Source: Candidatus Eiseniibacteriota bacterium | GTDB taxonomy: Bacteria > Eisenbacteria > RBG-16-71-46 | NCBI GenBank assembly: GCA_963776245.1 | Contig: CAVZLN010000003.1 | Coordinates: 704,001-768,000, forward strand | Direction: 5' to 3' | Length of the DNA: 64,000 nucleotides | In this document: positions 32,704 to 41,524 of the stretch, piece by piece | Numbering within the stretch: the stretch's first letter is position 1 | Layout: every line of letters starts with the position of its first letter | Translations under genes and position numbers: made by a program | The notes under the pieces: generated by a model | The model's input: only the letters and a program-made list of their open reading frames with translations | Database searches by the model: none | Told to the model about the DNA's origin: nothing

Positions 32704-35073
32704 ATGAGCGCCACCGATCGCCTTTCCCCGGGCGCCACCACGACCACGGACCTCCCGTCTGCCGCCGACGAGGGCTGCCTCGAGATCCTCTCTGACCGTC
32801 TGCGCGCCAGTCCGGGCGTGGTCGCGATCGAGGCCGACTTCCGCGGGCACACCCTGACCGTGCGCTACGATCCCGCGCTGGTCGCGCCCGAACAACTCAA
32901 CACGCTCGCCGACGACGTGGGAGCGGCCTTCGCGCAGCGCGTGACCACGTGCGAGCGACGCGAGACGCCGGGCGCGTGCGACGAATGCGCGCTGAAGCTC
33001 GCGCACCTGCCCCCGGCCGAGCGCGAGCTGTTCCAGATCACCTCCGATCCCGGCCGGATCGGCCTCGCGCGCCGCACCATCCCCGAGGGCAGCGCGGAGA
33101 TGGTGCGCCCGCTCGCGGCCGGCAAGCCCTGGGGCGCCAGCATGAGCCCGGCCCAGGAGGAGCGCTACGCCGAGGGCCGCGCGATGGGATGGCTCGCGGG
33201 CGGCTGCTTCGCGCTCCTGCTGGCGGGGCTGGCGATGGAATCGGCGAAGCTGCCGGTGGCGTGGCACCACGGCGCCTACATCGCCTCGGCGCTGCTCGGC
33301 TCGTGGTTCGCGGTGCGGGGCACCGTGGAGTCGCTCGCCCGGCTGCGCTTCGACGTGAACCTGCTCATGCTGCTGGCCGCGCTCGGGGCGGGCCTCATCG
33401 GCTACGTCATGGAAGCCGCGGTGCTGATGTTCCTGTTCTCGCTCAGCAACACTCTCGAGGTGTACACCATGGGGCGCACGCGGCGCGCGCTCCACGCGCT
33501 GCTCAAGCTGCGTCCGGCGACCGCGCGGGTGGTGCGCGCGGGCCGCGAGATCGAGGTCCCGGCCGAGACCGTGGCGGTGGGCGAGACCGTCATCGTCAAG
33601 CCGGGAGAGGCCATCCCGGTGGACGGCGAGGTGGTGCTCGGGGAGTCGCTGGTGGACATGAGCAGCCTCACCGGCGAGTCCATGCCGGTGCCGGTGGCGG
33701 CGGGCGGCAAGGTGTACACCGGCACGCTCAACCAGCACGGCTCGATCGAGGTGCGCGCCATCCGGGCCGCCGGCGACACCGCGCTCGCGCGCATCGTCAA
33801 GCTGGTGCAGGAGGCGCAGGAGCAGAAGTCGCGCACCGAGGAGGTCGCCGAGTGGGCGGGGCGCTACTACACCATGGCGGTCATCCTCGGTGCCGCGCTC
33901 ATGATCGTGGTGCCGCCGTACGTGCTCCACCAGGACTTCATGCACTCGTTCTATCGCGCGATGACGCTGCTGGTGGTGGCGTCACCGTGCGCGCTGGTCA
34001 TCGCGACGCCCGCCACCATCTTGTCCGCGATCGCCAACGCGGCGCGTCATGGCGTGCTGTTCAAGGGCGGCCGGTTCATCGAGGCCCTGGCCCGGGTGCG
34101 CACCGTGGCGTTCGACAAGACCGGCACCCTCACCCGCGGCCGCTTCGAGGTCACCGATGTCGAGGCCCTCGAGGGCCTCGACGAGCGCGTGCTGCTGGCG
34201 TGGGCGGCGGGCGCGGAGACCCGTTCGCAGCACCCGCTCGCCCAGGCCGTGGTGCGCGCCGCCGAGCAGCGCGGCGTGGCGTTCGCCCCCGCGAGCCACC
34301 TCACCTCGCACGCGGGCAAGGGCCTGGTGGCGACGCTCGCCGAGGGCAGCGTCGAGATCGGCACGCCCGAGCTGTTCGCGCACCTCGGGACCGCGGTCCC
34401 GGCGGCGGCGATCGAGCGGGTGGAGGCGCTCCGCCGCGAAGGCAAGACCGCGATGATCGTGCGCGGGCCGGGGGGCTGGGGCGTCATCGCCGCGGCCGAC
34501 CAGGTGCGCCCGGTGGCCGCCGCCACCGTCGCGGAGCTGCGCCGCGGCGGCATCCGCCACATCGTGCTGCTGTCGGGCGACAGCGTGCCCACCGTGCAGG
34601 CGATCGCGGCGCGCACCGGAGTGGACGACGCGCGCGGCGCGCTGCTGCCCGAGGACAAGGTTCGCGCGATCGCCGCGCTCGAAGAGCAGGGCGAGCGCGT
34701 GGCGATGGTGGGCGACGGGGTCAACGACGCGCCGGCCCTGGCGCGCGCGTCGGTCGGCATCGCGATGGGTGGCATCGGGAGCGACGCCGCGATGGAGAGC
34801 GCCGACGTCGTGCTCATGAGCGACGACCTGAGCGCCCTGCCCTACGCGGTGCGCCTGTGCCGGCGCGCGCGCGTGGTCGTGATCCAGAACGTCGTCGTCG
34901 CCTCGGGCGTGATGGTGGTGCTGGTGGCGCTGGTGTTCGTGGCGCCGAGTCTCGGGCTCCCCGAGCTGCGGCTGCCGGTGGCGGTCTCGGGCCACGAGGG
35001 CAGCACGGTGGTCGTCATCCTCAACGGTCTGCGTCTGCTCGGATTCCGCCGGCCACGACTGCCGCTCGCGTGA
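32704..35073 (+). CDS. Heavy-metal P1B-type ATPase, P1B-4-like (Co/Zn/Fe efflux)
   Basis: LTGES, TM SPC (VVASPCAL), DKTGTLT, HP, GDGVNDAP, C-terminal HEGST. Confidence 0.92.
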   Translation: MSATDRLSPGATTTTDLPSAADEGCLEILSDRLRASPGVVAIEADFRGHTLTVRYDPALVAPEQLNTLADDVGAAFAQRVTTCERRETPGACDECALKLAHLPPAERELFQITSDPGRIGLARRTIPEGSAEMVRPLAAGKPWGASMSPAQEERYAEGRAMGWLAGGCFALLLAGLAMESAKLPVAWHHGAYIASALLGSWFAVRGTVESLARLRFDVNLLMLLAALGAGLIGYVMEAAVLMFLFSLSNTLEVYTMGRTRRALHALLKLRPATARVVRAGREIEVPAETVAVGETVIVKPGEAIPVDGEVVLGESLVDMSSLTGESMPVPVAAGGKVYTGTLNQHGSIEVRAIRAAGDTALARIVKLVQEAQEQKSRTEEVAEWAGRYYTMAVILGAALMIVVPPYVLHQDFMHSFYRAMTLLVVASPCALVIATPATILSAIANAARHGVLFKGGRFIEALARVRTVAFDKTGTLTRGRFEVTDVEALEGLDERVLLAWAAGAETRSQHPLAQAVVRAAEQRGVAFAPASHLTSHAGKGLVATLAEGSVEIGTPELFAHLGTAVPAAAIERVEALRREGKTAMIVRGPGGWGVIAAADQVRPVAAATVAELRRGGIRHIVLLSGDSVPTVQAIAARTGVDDARGALLPEDKVRAIAALEEQGERVAMVGDGVNDAPALARASVGIAMGGIGSDAAMESADVVLMSDDLSALPYAVRLCRRARVVVIQNVVVASGVMVVLVALVFVAPSLGLPELRLPVAVSGHEGSTVVVILNGLRLLGFRRPRLPLA

Positions 35074-35083
35074 GCGGCGCGGG

Positions 35084-35743
35084 TCACTCGAGCGGGGTCA
35101 CCAACACGTTGTCGTAGTACACCGTGCACTCGCCGACCCCGCCGGTGTACGCGGGCAGCGCGATGCGGCCATGCGCGCCCGGGTCCTTGCGGTCGCCGCG
35201 TCCGAGCACGGCCGCGCCGTCGAGCCACACGCGATACGAACCTCCGCGGCATTCGACCCGGAGGTGGTGCCAGATGCCGTTCCCGTTCGGCGCCCGGGCG
35301 CGCCCCATCGGGATCTCGCGCCGGTACAGGAGCACGTCCTGGTAGCCGGGGCCGCGCAGATCCACGGCGACGCCCGACACGCCCTTCACGTGGACCGCCA
35401 CGCCCTTGTCCACGCCGCGGATCTGGCACACATCGAGGTCCACCGCGTAGTCGCCCCATTGCTCGGAACCGGCGTACGCGAAGGATCGCGACTGGCGCGC
35501 GTCCGGCAGATCAGCACACAGCGCGCCCCAGCGCACCGACCACACGCTGTCGCGGTCGAACGTCCAGCGCGCGGATCCCGCCGAGAAGTCGTCGAAGAAC
35601 AGGGCGTCGTCGGGCACCCGGGGCGGGCGCGGCGGGGGCGGAGGCATCACCAGGCGCGCGGCCTCGCCGGCGCCGGCCCCGCACAGCAGGAGGGCGAGCG
35701 CGAGCGCGGCGAGCCGGGCCCCGGGACGCGATGTGGTCGACAC
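35084..35743 (-). CDS. Secreted DUF1080 / 3-keto-disaccharide hydrolase-like (LamG-fold) protein
   Basis: Signal peptide; LFFDDFS; WHHLRVEC; GRIAL...YDNVLV. Confidence 0.65.
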   Translation of the reverse strand: MSTTSRPGARLAALALALLLCGAGAGEAARLVMPPPPPRPPRVPDDALFFDDFSAGSARWTFDRDSVWSVRWGALCADLPDARQSRSFAYAGSEQWGDYAVDLDVCQIRGVDKGVAVHVKGVSGVAVDLRGPGYQDVLLYRREIPMGRARAPNGNGIWHHLRVECRGGSYRVWLDGAAVLGRGDRKDPGAHGRIALPAYTGGVGECTVYYDNVLVTPLE

Positions 35744-35776
35744 GGGGTCACTCTACCAGAGGGAGTGGTGCGCCGG

Positions 35777-37525
35777 TCAGAACCGCACGCTGAGTCCGGC
35801 GTACTCCTGGTCCACGTGCTCGATCTGTCCGACGGTGTGCTCCCACGAGATGGAGAACAGCATCCGCCTCATCAGGCTCAGGTCGAGATCGGTGTTGGTC
35901 CACACCGCCCGGTCGCGGGTGCCGGCCAGCACGTCGAGGGTGGTGCGCGTGCCGCCCCCGAGCTCGAGGTGCGAGCCGCCGAGGGGGTCGATCCCGAGCC
36001 CGAAGGCCACCAGCTCGGAGCGCGACGCGGGCGAGTCCGAACGCGAGTAACGGGAGCGCAGCCGGCCGTTCACGCGGGCCAGGCGCATCACTTCGCCACT
36101 CGCCGACCAGGCGTTGGCGCGGTCCCTCGATCCGCCCATGCTGCGCGCGTCCCCCGCGAAGCGCACGTGCGTCCCCATGTCGAGCGAGGCGCCGACCCAG
36201 CCGCCCTCGCGGAAGCGGTCGTCGAATGCGGTCTCGGGCGTCTCGCGGTCGCGGTAGAGGCGCACGTTGCGGCGGCCGTCGTACCCGCCGTTGATCGACA
36301 GGCCTTCGGCGGGGATCAGGTTCACGGTCGCGAACGTGCTGGTGAGCGAGAGCGCCGCACCGCTCGAGTCGCGCTTCCAGCCCCGCAGGATGTCGGCCTC
36401 CTGTGCCATCGAGAACGACACCACCGGATCGTTGTACATCGCCTGCACGAACACGAAGTCGCGGTTGACCTGGCCGCGGGCGGTCGAGGTCACGCCGCCG
36501 ACCGCCGTGGACCACCGCCTCACCGCCAGCGGCGCCTGGTGGACTTCGAGGAAGGCGCCACTCTGCATCACGTCCTGGGACATCGTGAGGCGCACCGGAT
36601 CGGGCTGGGTGCCGCCGAAGGCGCCGAGCGTCATGCGCTTCGAGCCCCACTCGGCGAGCGCGCCATCGAACAGGCTCACCGAGGAGAGCAGGGGCGACGC
36701 CTGCCGCCCGAGCGTGAAGCGATAGCGGGCGCCGAAGTCGTGCAGCGACGCGGCGAGCCGGTAGACGCGGGTCGAGGACTCGATCGCGTTGATCCCAGTG
36801 GAGAGGCTCCGCGTGGTGCGGCGTCCGCGCACGTCGGCCAGCAGATCGACCGGCAGCCCGGCGGCATTGACCGCTTCGAACCGGGCGTCGAGCGCCGGCT
36901 GGGTCATCCGGCCGGCCTCGCGGCTCTGGATGGCGAGCAGGCGCATCCCGAGCCGGCCGCGCATGCGCGAGGACCGCGCCCGCGGCGGATTGGCGATCAG
37001 CACGGTCGCGGCCGGGGGCATCACCTTGCCGGTCGCGGCCAGCGGGACGATCGCGGCATCCTTGCCGGGCACCGGGGCGGCCGCCACCGGGGGGCCCGGG
37101 TCGAGGCGTGGCACGAAGCGGGCGATGTCGTCGACGCGCGGCATCGGGCTGCCGGGCAGCACCCCGCACGCGGCGCGATGGGAGGAGAGGTCGGTGACGA
37201 GCAAGCGCGTCACGGTCGAGCCATCGCGCCACACCACGAGGGTGTCGCCCGAGTGGAGGCCCTCGACGCGGCCGGCGTCGATGTACACCGAACCGCCGGT
37301 GACGTAGGTCACGTGGCCGGTTCCGGGAGGCGGAGCGTTCGCCGTCACGGCCTTCACGGGCACGGGCCTGGCCGGCGCGGCCACGGCCGGAGCGCTCGCC
37401 GTCACGACGGGCCGCGCCGCTGGCGCGCTGGTCGCAGCCGGGGCCGTGGCCCCCCGGGCGGCCCCCGCCGCCCCGAGGGCGGCGAGAGCGAGCGTGGCGA
37501 GGATGCGGATGACGCGGGTGGTCAT
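35777..37525 (-). CDS. Outer-membrane beta-barrel protein, putative cytochrome-associated porin
   Basis: Signal peptide; Ala/Pro linker; small beta domain (VYIDAGRVEGL); about 400 aa of amphipathic strands; C-terminal YAGLSVRF (BAM-type Phe); 2 nt from the cytochrome stop. Confidence 0.7.
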   Translation of the reverse strand: MTTRVIRILATLALAALGAAGAARGATAPAATSAPAARPVVTASAPAVAAPARPVPVKAVTANAPPPGTGHVTYVTGGSVYIDAGRVEGLHSGDTLVVWRDGSTVTRLLVTDLSSHRAACGVLPGSPMPRVDDIARFVPRLDPGPPVAAAPVPGKDAAIVPLAATGKVMPPAATVLIANPPRARSSRMRGRLGMRLLAIQSREAGRMTQPALDARFEAVNAAGLPVDLLADVRGRRTTRSLSTGINAIESSTRVYRLAASLHDFGARYRFTLGRQASPLLSSVSLFDGALAEWGSKRMTLGAFGGTQPDPVRLTMSQDVMQSGAFLEVHQAPLAVRRWSTAVGGVTSTARGQVNRDFVFVQAMYNDPVVSFSMAQEADILRGWKRDSSGAALSLTSTFATVNLIPAEGLSINGGYDGRRNVRLYRDRETPETAFDDRFREGGWVGASLDMGTHVRFAGDARSMGGSRDRANAWSASGEVMRLARVNGRLRSRYSRSDSPASRSELVAFGLGIDPLGGSHLELGGGTRTTLDVLAGTRDRAVWTNTDLDLSLMRRMLFSISWEHTVGQIEHVDQEYAGLSVRF

Positions 37526-37527
37526 CT

Positions 37528-39705
37528 TCACACTCCCCGGTGGCACGAGTAGCAAGCGCTGCTGACGTAGGAGTAACCCGAATTGCCGGAATGCTTGTTG
37601 TCGGTCGTGGACTTGGCGTGGCAGCCCAGGCAGTTGAACTGCCCGTAGTTCGACGGCACATTGTGACAATCGGCGCACAGGTCCCAGCGTCCATTGTGCT
37701 TGCCGCTGTAGATCTTGAAGTACGGCGTGTCGTGGTTGATCCGCGCCCCCGCCCAACCTGTCGTGTTATGGCAACTGGTGCAGGTGGTCGAGATCCCGGC
37801 ACCCGGGTGGTTGGGGTCCACCGCGGTGTTGAAGTCGTTCAAGTGACACGACACGCACGCCGTGCTCTTGCCCGCGTACACGCCATCGCTGTGGCAGCCG
37901 GAGCACGCCGTCGTCAGGTGCGCGCCGGTGAGCGGGAACGCGGTGGTCGAGTGATCGAAGCTCGCGCCCGCCCACGAGGCGGTGCTGTGGCAGCTGTTGC
38001 ACGTGGTGGGATAGCTCGGCAGCGTATGCTTGGGATCCGTGGTGCCGTTGTAGTCCGCGACGTGGCACGAGTAGCAGAGCGTGCTCTTGCCCTGGTACAC
38101 GCCGTCGCCGTGGCATCCGGAGCACGCCGCCGTGAGGTGCGCCCCGGTGAGCGGGAACGCCGTCGCCGAGTGGTTGAACGTGGCGCCCGCCCACGCGGCC
38201 GTGGTGTGGCAGGTCGTGCACGTCGTCGGGAAGCTGGGCAGCGTGTGCTTGGGGTTCGTGGTGCCGTTGTAGTCCGTCACATGGCAGGAGTAGCAGTCCG
38301 TCGGCTTGCCCTTGTACACGCCATCGCCGTGGCAGCCGCCGCAGGCCACGGTGAGGTGCGCCCCGGTGAGCGGGAACGCCGTCGCCGAGTGACTGAACGT
38401 GGCGCCCGCCCACGCGGTGGTGTTGTGGCAGCTCGTGCACGTGGTCGGGAAGCTGGGCAGCGAATGCTTCGGATTCGTGGTGCCGTTGTAGTCCGTCACG
38501 TGGCAGCTGTAGCAGTCCGTGGACTTGCCCTTGTACACCCCGTCACCGTGGCAGGCGGTGCACGCCGCCGCGCGGTGGGCGCCGGTGAGCGGGAAGGCGG
38601 TCTTCGAGTGGTCGATGGTCGCGCCCGCCCACGCGGTGGTGTTGTGGCAGTTCGTGCAGGTCGTCGCGAAACTGGGCAGCGTGTGCTTGGGGCTGGTCGT
38701 GGTGTTGTAGTCCGTCACGTGACAGGTGTAGCAGAGCGTGCTCTTGCCCTTGTACACGCCGTCGCCGTGGCAGGCGGTGCACGCGGTCGCGCGGTGCGCG
38801 CCGGTCAGCGGGAACGCCGACGCCGAGTGGTCGAACACCGCGCCGGTCCACGCCGTGGTGGTGTGACAGGTCGTGCACGTGACCGGGAACCCGGCCGCGG
38901 CGTGGGCCGGACTGGTGGTGCCGTTGTAGTCGGCCTGATGGCACGATACGCAGTCTTTCGAGGTCCCCTTGTACACGTTGTTCTTGTGGCACGAGATGCA
39001 CGCCACGGCCTTGTGCGCGCCGGTCAGCGGGAAGGCCGACGCCGCGTGATCGAAGCGCGCCGAATGCCAGCCGAGCGCGGTGTGACACAGCGAACAGTCG
39101 GTGGAGAAGCCGGCGCTGTGGTCCGGGTCCTTGGTGGCGCGGAAATCGGCCATGTGGCAGTCGGCGCACGCCGCCCGCGTGCCCACGAACTGCATCTTGC
39201 CCGAGGCCGCGGGCCGGTGACAGCTCTGGCAATCCAGCCCCGCGTGTCCGCCCACGAGCGGGAAGCGCGTGGTCTGGTGCAGCCGCCGCATCGCGGTCAT
39301 GTCGGTGAACGAGCGGGCGTTGTGGCAGCGCTGGCAATCGGTGCCCATCTCGCCGCGATGGATGTCCTCGTGGCACGACTTGCAGTTCATCTTGCTCTGC
39401 TTGAACTCGAGCGTGGCGTGGCAGCCCAGGCAGTTCGCCGCCGCGTGCGCGCCTTCGAGCGGGAAGCCGGAGCGGGCGCCGTGGTCGAACTTCCGGCTCA
39501 CCTTCGCCGGCAGCCAGGCCTCCGCCCGGTGACACATGCCGCAGTCCTCGCGGAACTCGCCATGGGGGTTCTCCCAGCGCTTCACGGTCTCGGCGAACGA
39601 GCGCGCGCCGAGCACGAGCAGCGGCGACAGCACCAGCAGCGCCACCAGCACGCGCGCCACGGCGCGGTGCCGCGGCGATCCGGCTTCATTCAGGTGTCGA
39701 GGCAT
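37528..39705 (-). CDS. 28-heme cytochrome c built from 73-aa tri-heme repeats
   Basis: 28 CxxCH motifs counted by hand; signal peptide; GGAGG SD; FPLTGAH repeats. Confidence 0.93.
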   Translation of the reverse strand: MPRHLNEAGSPRHRAVARVLVALLVLSPLLVLGARSFAETVKRWENPHGEFREDCGMCHRAEAWLPAKVSRKFDHGARSGFPLEGAHAAANCLGCHATLEFKQSKMNCKSCHEDIHRGEMGTDCQRCHNARSFTDMTAMRRLHQTTRFPLVGGHAGLDCQSCHRPAASGKMQFVGTRAACADCHMADFRATKDPDHSAGFSTDCSLCHTALGWHSARFDHAASAFPLTGAHKAVACISCHKNNVYKGTSKDCVSCHQADYNGTTSPAHAAAGFPVTCTTCHTTTAWTGAVFDHSASAFPLTGAHRATACTACHGDGVYKGKSTLCYTCHVTDYNTTTSPKHTLPSFATTCTNCHNTTAWAGATIDHSKTAFPLTGAHRAAACTACHGDGVYKGKSTDCYSCHVTDYNGTTNPKHSLPSFPTTCTSCHNTTAWAGATFSHSATAFPLTGAHLTVACGGCHGDGVYKGKPTDCYSCHVTDYNGTTNPKHTLPSFPTTCTTCHTTAAWAGATFNHSATAFPLTGAHLTAACSGCHGDGVYQGKSTLCYSCHVADYNGTTDPKHTLPSYPTTCNSCHSTASWAGASFDHSTTAFPLTGAHLTTACSGCHSDGVYAGKSTACVSCHLNDFNTAVDPNHPGAGISTTCTSCHNTTGWAGARINHDTPYFKIYSGKHNGRWDLCADCHNVPSNYGQFNCLGCHAKSTTDNKHSGNSGYSYVSSACYSCHRGV
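37740..39050 (-). repeat. Six tandem ~219-bp coding repeats (tri-heme module)
   Basis: FPLTGAH-x4-CxxCH-x11-CxxCH-x20-CxxCH units with 73-aa period. Confidence 0.85.
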
Positions 39706-41524
39706 GGCGAACCTCCCGATTGGAGAGGAGGGTGAGGACCCCGCGCGTGGGAACCGCGGCGTCACGGTAGGACGTGCGCTTCAACGGGGCGATTCCGGGC
39801 GCATGGCAGGCTTCGCAATGCGTCGGCACTCCCCGGTACGGAACATACGTCGAGTCCCCGCGCTTCTCGGGGCGATGGCATCCGGCGCACGCCACGCGGG
39901 CGTGGGCGCCGTCGAGCTTGAACGCGGCGTCGCGGTTGTGGACGAAGCGCTCGGCCGGCACGAAGTGGTCGGTGGTGTGACAGCCCTGGCAGGCGCCCTT
40001 GTCCTTGCGCGGGACGAACTGACCGGCATGGATGTCGGTGTGGCATTCGATGCAGGCCGAGCGCGCCTGGGCGAAGCGCAGGGGCCGCGCGGTCCTGGCC
40101 GCCGCCGCCAGCGTGGACGGCGTGGGCGCGGCCTTGAGCTCGGCGTGGCAGGCCACGCACGGCGTCGCGCGGTGCCCGCCCTCGAGCGGGAAGGTCGTCT
40201 GGGCGTGCAGCGACGGGTCGAGCAGCGAGGGACGGAACGCCGAGGCGGTGTGGCAGGCGAGGCATTCCTTGGCGCGCGCCCGCGCGCCGCCCGCGGCGAA
40301 CCGGCCGTCGTGCGGGTCGCGGTGGCAGTCCACGCAGCGGGCGTACGCGGGCCGCAGGAGCATGCGCGCCGTGCCGTAGCGCGCCACGGTGCTCTCGGGC
40401 TGCTGGCTGTGGCACAGCACGCAGTCCGTGGTGGCGTGCCGCCCCTGGAGCGGGTAGGCCGAGGTCTGGTGCGACGCCAGCGTGTAGGTCGGCTTGTCGA
40501 AGCCGGCGACGCTGTGGCACGAGGCGCAGTCCACGACCTTGCCCGCGAGCGTCGCGGTTCCCGCGTGGGCGTCCTTGTGGCAGTCGGTGCAGGCCGCGAA
40601 CTTCGGTTTCTGGCCCCACGCGGTCTTCGGATCGTGGCACTTGGCGCAGGTGACGCTGGCGTGCTTCCCGCGCAACGGGTAGCGCGTCTTCTCGTGGTCG
40701 AAGCCCTTGGGATCGATCGACGCGAACGACTCCGTGCGGTGGCACGAGGCGCAGTTCTTCTGGAAGCGACCGTTGTGCGGATCCTTGTGACAGGGGGTGC
40801 AGTCCCGGTGCGGGAGCGGCTTCCACTGGGCCAGCAGCGCTCCCTTCGCGTCGTGCGCGGTCGCGAACTGGGGCATCAGGTGGCACTTCTCGCACGCCAG
40901 CGGGAGGTGCTTGCCAGTGAGCGGGTAGTCGGTCTTCGCGTGGTCGAAGCCCCCGGCCGGCTTCCAGCCGAGGTCGCTGTGGCAGTGCGCGCAGTCCTTG
41001 CCGAGCTGGCCACGGTGGAAATCGGCGTGGCACGCGGCGCAGTCGGTCTCGAGGCCCATCCACGACTTCGTGTGGTCCTTCTTCTTGACCAGGGCCGTGA
41101 CGCGCGAGCGCTGGTTCTTCGGTTGATGGCACTTCGCGCATTCCAGTCCCGCGTGCTTGCCGGACAGCACGAAGCCGGCGCGCGCGTGGTCGAACTTCTC
41201 GGGGGCCCCTTCGTCCCACTTCACCAGCGCGAAGTCCTTCCCGCCGTGCTCCGGGTGGCACTTTGCGCACGCGCCCTTGGCGTCGCGCGAATGGAGGCCC
41301 CGCCCGTGCGCCTTCATCCAATCCACCTCTTTGTGGCAGGCGAGACAGCGGTCGTCCATCGGGCCCTGCTGGCCGTGCGGGTGGCACTGGAAGCACTGCG
41401 TCGGCCCGTCGAATTCCCGGTGCGCGGCGGACAGCTGTCCGGGCGACAGCTGAGCGCGCGCAGGCTCCGCGCCGAGGAGCGCGGTGCCGAGCAGGAGGAG
41501 CGAGAGCGTGCGGGCATGGCGCAT
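39686..41524 (-). CDS. 20-heme periplasmic cytochrome c
   Basis: 20 CxxCH motifs counted by hand; signal peptide ...PARA|QLSPG; FDH...(F/Y)PL.G.H repeats. Confidence 0.93.
   Translation of the reverse strand: MRHARTLSLLLLGTALLGAEPARAQLSPGQLSAAHREFDGPTQCFQCHPHGQQGPMDDRCLACHKEVDWMKAHGRGLHSRDAKGACAKCHPEHGGKDFALVKWDEGAPEKFDHARAGFVLSGKHAGLECAKCHQPKNQRSRVTALVKKKDHTKSWMGLETDCAACHADFHRGQLGKDCAHCHSDLGWKPAGGFDHAKTDYPLTGKHLPLACEKCHLMPQFATAHDAKGALLAQWKPLPHRDCTPCHKDPHNGRFQKNCASCHRTESFASIDPKGFDHEKTRYPLRGKHASVTCAKCHDPKTAWGQKPKFAACTDCHKDAHAGTATLAGKVVDCASCHSVAGFDKPTYTLASHQTSAYPLQGRHATTDCVLCHSQQPESTVARYGTARMLLRPAYARCVDCHRDPHDGRFAAGGARARAKECLACHTASAFRPSLLDPSLHAQTTFPLEGGHRATPCVACHAELKAAPTPSTLAAAARTARPLRFAQARSACIECHTDIHAGQFVPRKDKGACQGCHTTDHFVPAERFVHNRDAAFKLDGAHARVACAGCHRPEKRGDSTYVPYRGVPTHCEACHAPGIAPLKRTSYRDAAVPTRGVLTLLSNREVRHASTPE

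Noticed and set aside
37740..39050. CRISPR array or non-coding tandem repeat
   Set aside because: The 219-bp period is a protein module; no short repeat-spacer structure or cas genes
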